Origin: an uncultured delta proteobacterium
GTDB lineage: Bacteria > Desulfobacterota > Binatia > UBA9968
Assembly (NCBI GenBank): GCA_963745835.1
Contig: CAVUZH010000008.1
Location: forward strand, 64,001-128,000
DNA: 64,000 bases
Direction of reading: 5' to 3'
Position 1 is the stretch's first letter; each line of letters starts with the position of its first letter. The translations under genes were made by a program, and so were the position numbers. Shown here in pieces: positions 62,258 to 64,000 of the stretch. Under the pieces are notes generated by a model that ran no database searches, was not told the DNA's origin, and worked only from the letters and a program-made list of their open reading frames with translations.

Positions 62258-62883
62258 TGCACATTGGCAGCGTTGTCAGTCCGAATCACCATGCCGTACT
62301 CCGAGAAGCCCCGGTTTTTATCATGATGGTAGTTCATATTGGCTATAGTAAAGCCATGCTCGCCGATTAACCGCTGCAGTTCTTGTTCAGAATTCGGCGC
62401 ATCCCGGGGCAGTTTCACTTCTAATCGAGCGTAGAACTGGACGGGCATCTTGGCTTCGATCCATCTGAAAACTGAAAGAGTGCCCAACGTAAGCACAGTG
62501 GCGACGATGACAGGAAAGTAGAAGCCAATGCCTGCGAGAATGCCAATCGCTGCGGTGATCCAGATTGAGGCCGCGGTCGTCAGACCGCGTACAGTCAATC
62601 CCTCTTTGAAAATTACGCCAGCGCCGAGAAAGCCAATGCCGGTCATGATGCCTTGTGCCATGCGCGTCGGATCTACACTAACGCTGCCCGATACAGGATC
62701 AGGAAACCATCGTCCCGGATAGAGCGTCACCAACATCAAAGTGCTGGAGGCGATGCAGACTAAAGTGTGGGTCCGGAAACCCGCCGGGCGACCGTGGTAG
62801 CTCCGCTCGAGGCCGATCAGTGCGCCTGCTGTAAGAGCCACAAGTAAATGTTCAAGTATCGTCCTGGTTTCGGCTTGCATCAT
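62188..62883 (-). CDS. mgtC: MgtC/SapB family membrane protein with C-terminal ACT-like domain
   Basis: IGLER..GRPAGFRTH, DPTRMAQGIMTGIGFLGAG, GLTTAASIW..AAIG. Confidence 0.92.
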   Translation of the reverse strand: MMQAETRTILEHLLVALTAGALIGLERSYHGRPAGFRTHTLVCIASSTLMLVTLYPGRWFPDPVSGSVSVDPTRMAQGIMTGIGFLGAGVIFKEGLTVRGLTTAASIWITAAIGILAGIGFYFPVIVATVLTLGTLSVFRWIEAKMPVQFYARLEVKLPRDAPNSEQELQRLIGEHGFTIANMNYHHDKNRGFSEYGMVIRTDNAANVQRLVNTLHNMVTVQEFKMSPMGD

Positions 62884-62990
62884 TCGAAGCTCCTTGCGGC
62901 CTTCCTAAACCGGTGCTCTAAAGAACATAACAACAGGAACCTACCGGGCTCGCCGTGCGGACCGCCACCAGGCAATACAGCGTACCAGGA

Positions 62991-64000
62991 TCAAAGGTTA
63001 TCGATTTGTACCGGCTGGATATCATCGGCCAGACCGAACCCGAATACTTTCGAATAGAAGTAGAGTTCGGCCTCCAAAACTCGCTTGATATTCTCCGCCT
63101 TGCGAAACCCATGCTGCTCGCCGTCGAATGTAAGATACGCCACGGGTAGTCCCTTGGCACGCACTGCCTCGACCATCATCTCCGCTTGATTCGGCGGCAC
63201 AACCTTATCTTCCAAGCCTTGAAAGAGAATCATCGGACAGGCCAGAAGCTCGGTAAAGTGAATCGGCGATCGTTCGATGTAGAGATCACGCCGTTCCGGA
63301 TAGGGACCAATCAGCCCGTCAAGATAGCGCGATTCGAATTTGTGCGTGTCCTTTGCCAATGCCTCCAAATCGCTTATGCCATAGTGGCTTGCGCCGGCTT
63401 TGAACGTGTCGCGAAAAGTCAGCGCGCATAGCGTCGTATAGCCGCCGGCGCTGCCCCCTCTAATCGCCAGCCGGTTGCCGTCGACCTGGCCGGTTTCTGC
63501 TAAATATCGAGCGCCGTTGACGCAGTCATCGACATCGACGATTCCCCACCCGCCTTTCAGCAGTTCTCGATAGGCGCGCCCATAGCCCGAGCTGCCACGG
63601 TAATTGACGTCGAGCACAGCAAGCCCTCGACTGGTCCAATATTGAACTGAGTATTGCAGCGACGTCGAAGCGGCCGAGGTCGGTCCGCCATGACTCATCA
63701 CCAGCAGCGGCGGCTTTTCATTTTCACGGCCCACGCAATCGCGATTCTGTGGCGGATAGAAAATTGCGTGGGCCGTCTCACCGTTTTCGGTCGGAAACTC
63801 CAGCGGCCTCGGCGTGGAGAAGTATCCAGGCTCTAGCTCGACCTGTCGGGAGCGGCGCAGTACTTTGAGAGCGCGCGTAGCGAGGTTCACCTCGACAACA
63901 CAGGTTGGCTCAGTCGCAGACGCGGCGATTAACACGGCTCGACCAGCCGCTGTTTGAACACGCGAGATTGCCGAATAGGCTAACTCCAATAGCGCCAGCA
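62991..64000 (-). CDS. S9 family (prolyl oligopeptidase/acylaminoacyl) peptidase, 5' end outside the window
   Basis: [19 protein letters not shown] (Ser), QGLEDKVV (Asp), EQHGF (His). Confidence 0.94.
   Translation of the reverse strand, partial: LALLELAYSAISRVQTAAGRAVLIAASATEPTCVVEVNLATRALKVLRRSRQVELEPGYFSTPRPLEFPTENGETAHAIFYPPQNRDCVGRENEKPPLLVMSHGGPTSAASTSLQYSVQYWTSRGLAVLDVNYRGSSGYGRAYRELLKGGWGIVDVDDCVNGARYLAETGQVDGNRLAIRGGSAGGYTTLCALTFRDTFKAGASHYGISDLEALAKDTHKFESRYLDGLIGPYPERRDLYIERSPIHFTELLACPMILFQGLEDKVVPPNQAEMMVEAVRAKGLPVAYLTFDGEQHGFRKAENIKRVLEAELYFYSKVFGFGLADDIQPVQIDNL

Noticed and set aside
1-64000. CRISPR array, integron attC array, rRNA, integrase or transposase
   Set aside because: No regularly spaced short repeats or recognisable recombinase/transposase motifs were seen. 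The repeats found are gene-sized duplications.

Overview
Bacterial chromosomal window of moderate GC. Gene content is loosely consistent with a soil Deltaproteobacteria/Binatia-like organism, but this is inference only. The ends carry intact, housekeeping-like genes. At 1-13.5 kb these are MFS, Hsp20, PqaA-like, an ExeA/ExeB-like pair, Imm8, TIR-FGE, NamZ, DOMON-like, CoA-transferase A/B with GlcG, cyclophilin and a DapA-family gene. At 62-64 kb they are MgtC and an S9 peptidase. The 14-42 kb section is an accessory stress/redox region: small 'YK...WID' proteins, YihY x2, ferritin-like, GT4+GH130, RRM, CBS, orphan nuoB, IscA-like, lone sufB, Crp/Fnr, FixL-like kinase, CheB/CheR fusion and a desaturase. 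The 42-62 kb section is a variable locus between aroG and mgtC that appears twice in tandem. Unit 1 holds an intact three-gene secreted cassette (beta-helix/Ig-repeat protein, carboxypeptidase-regulatory-like protein, Zn-dependent phospholipase C/P1 nuclease-like protein), which is the best candidate here for an uncharacterised system. Unit 2 is a mosaic of gene cassettes separated by gene remnants, including an ATP-dependent ligase gene cleanly split by a 1054-bp single-gene insert. No tRNA, rRNA, CRISPR array, integrase or transposase was recognised. All family assignments come from reading motifs by eye, not from database searches.
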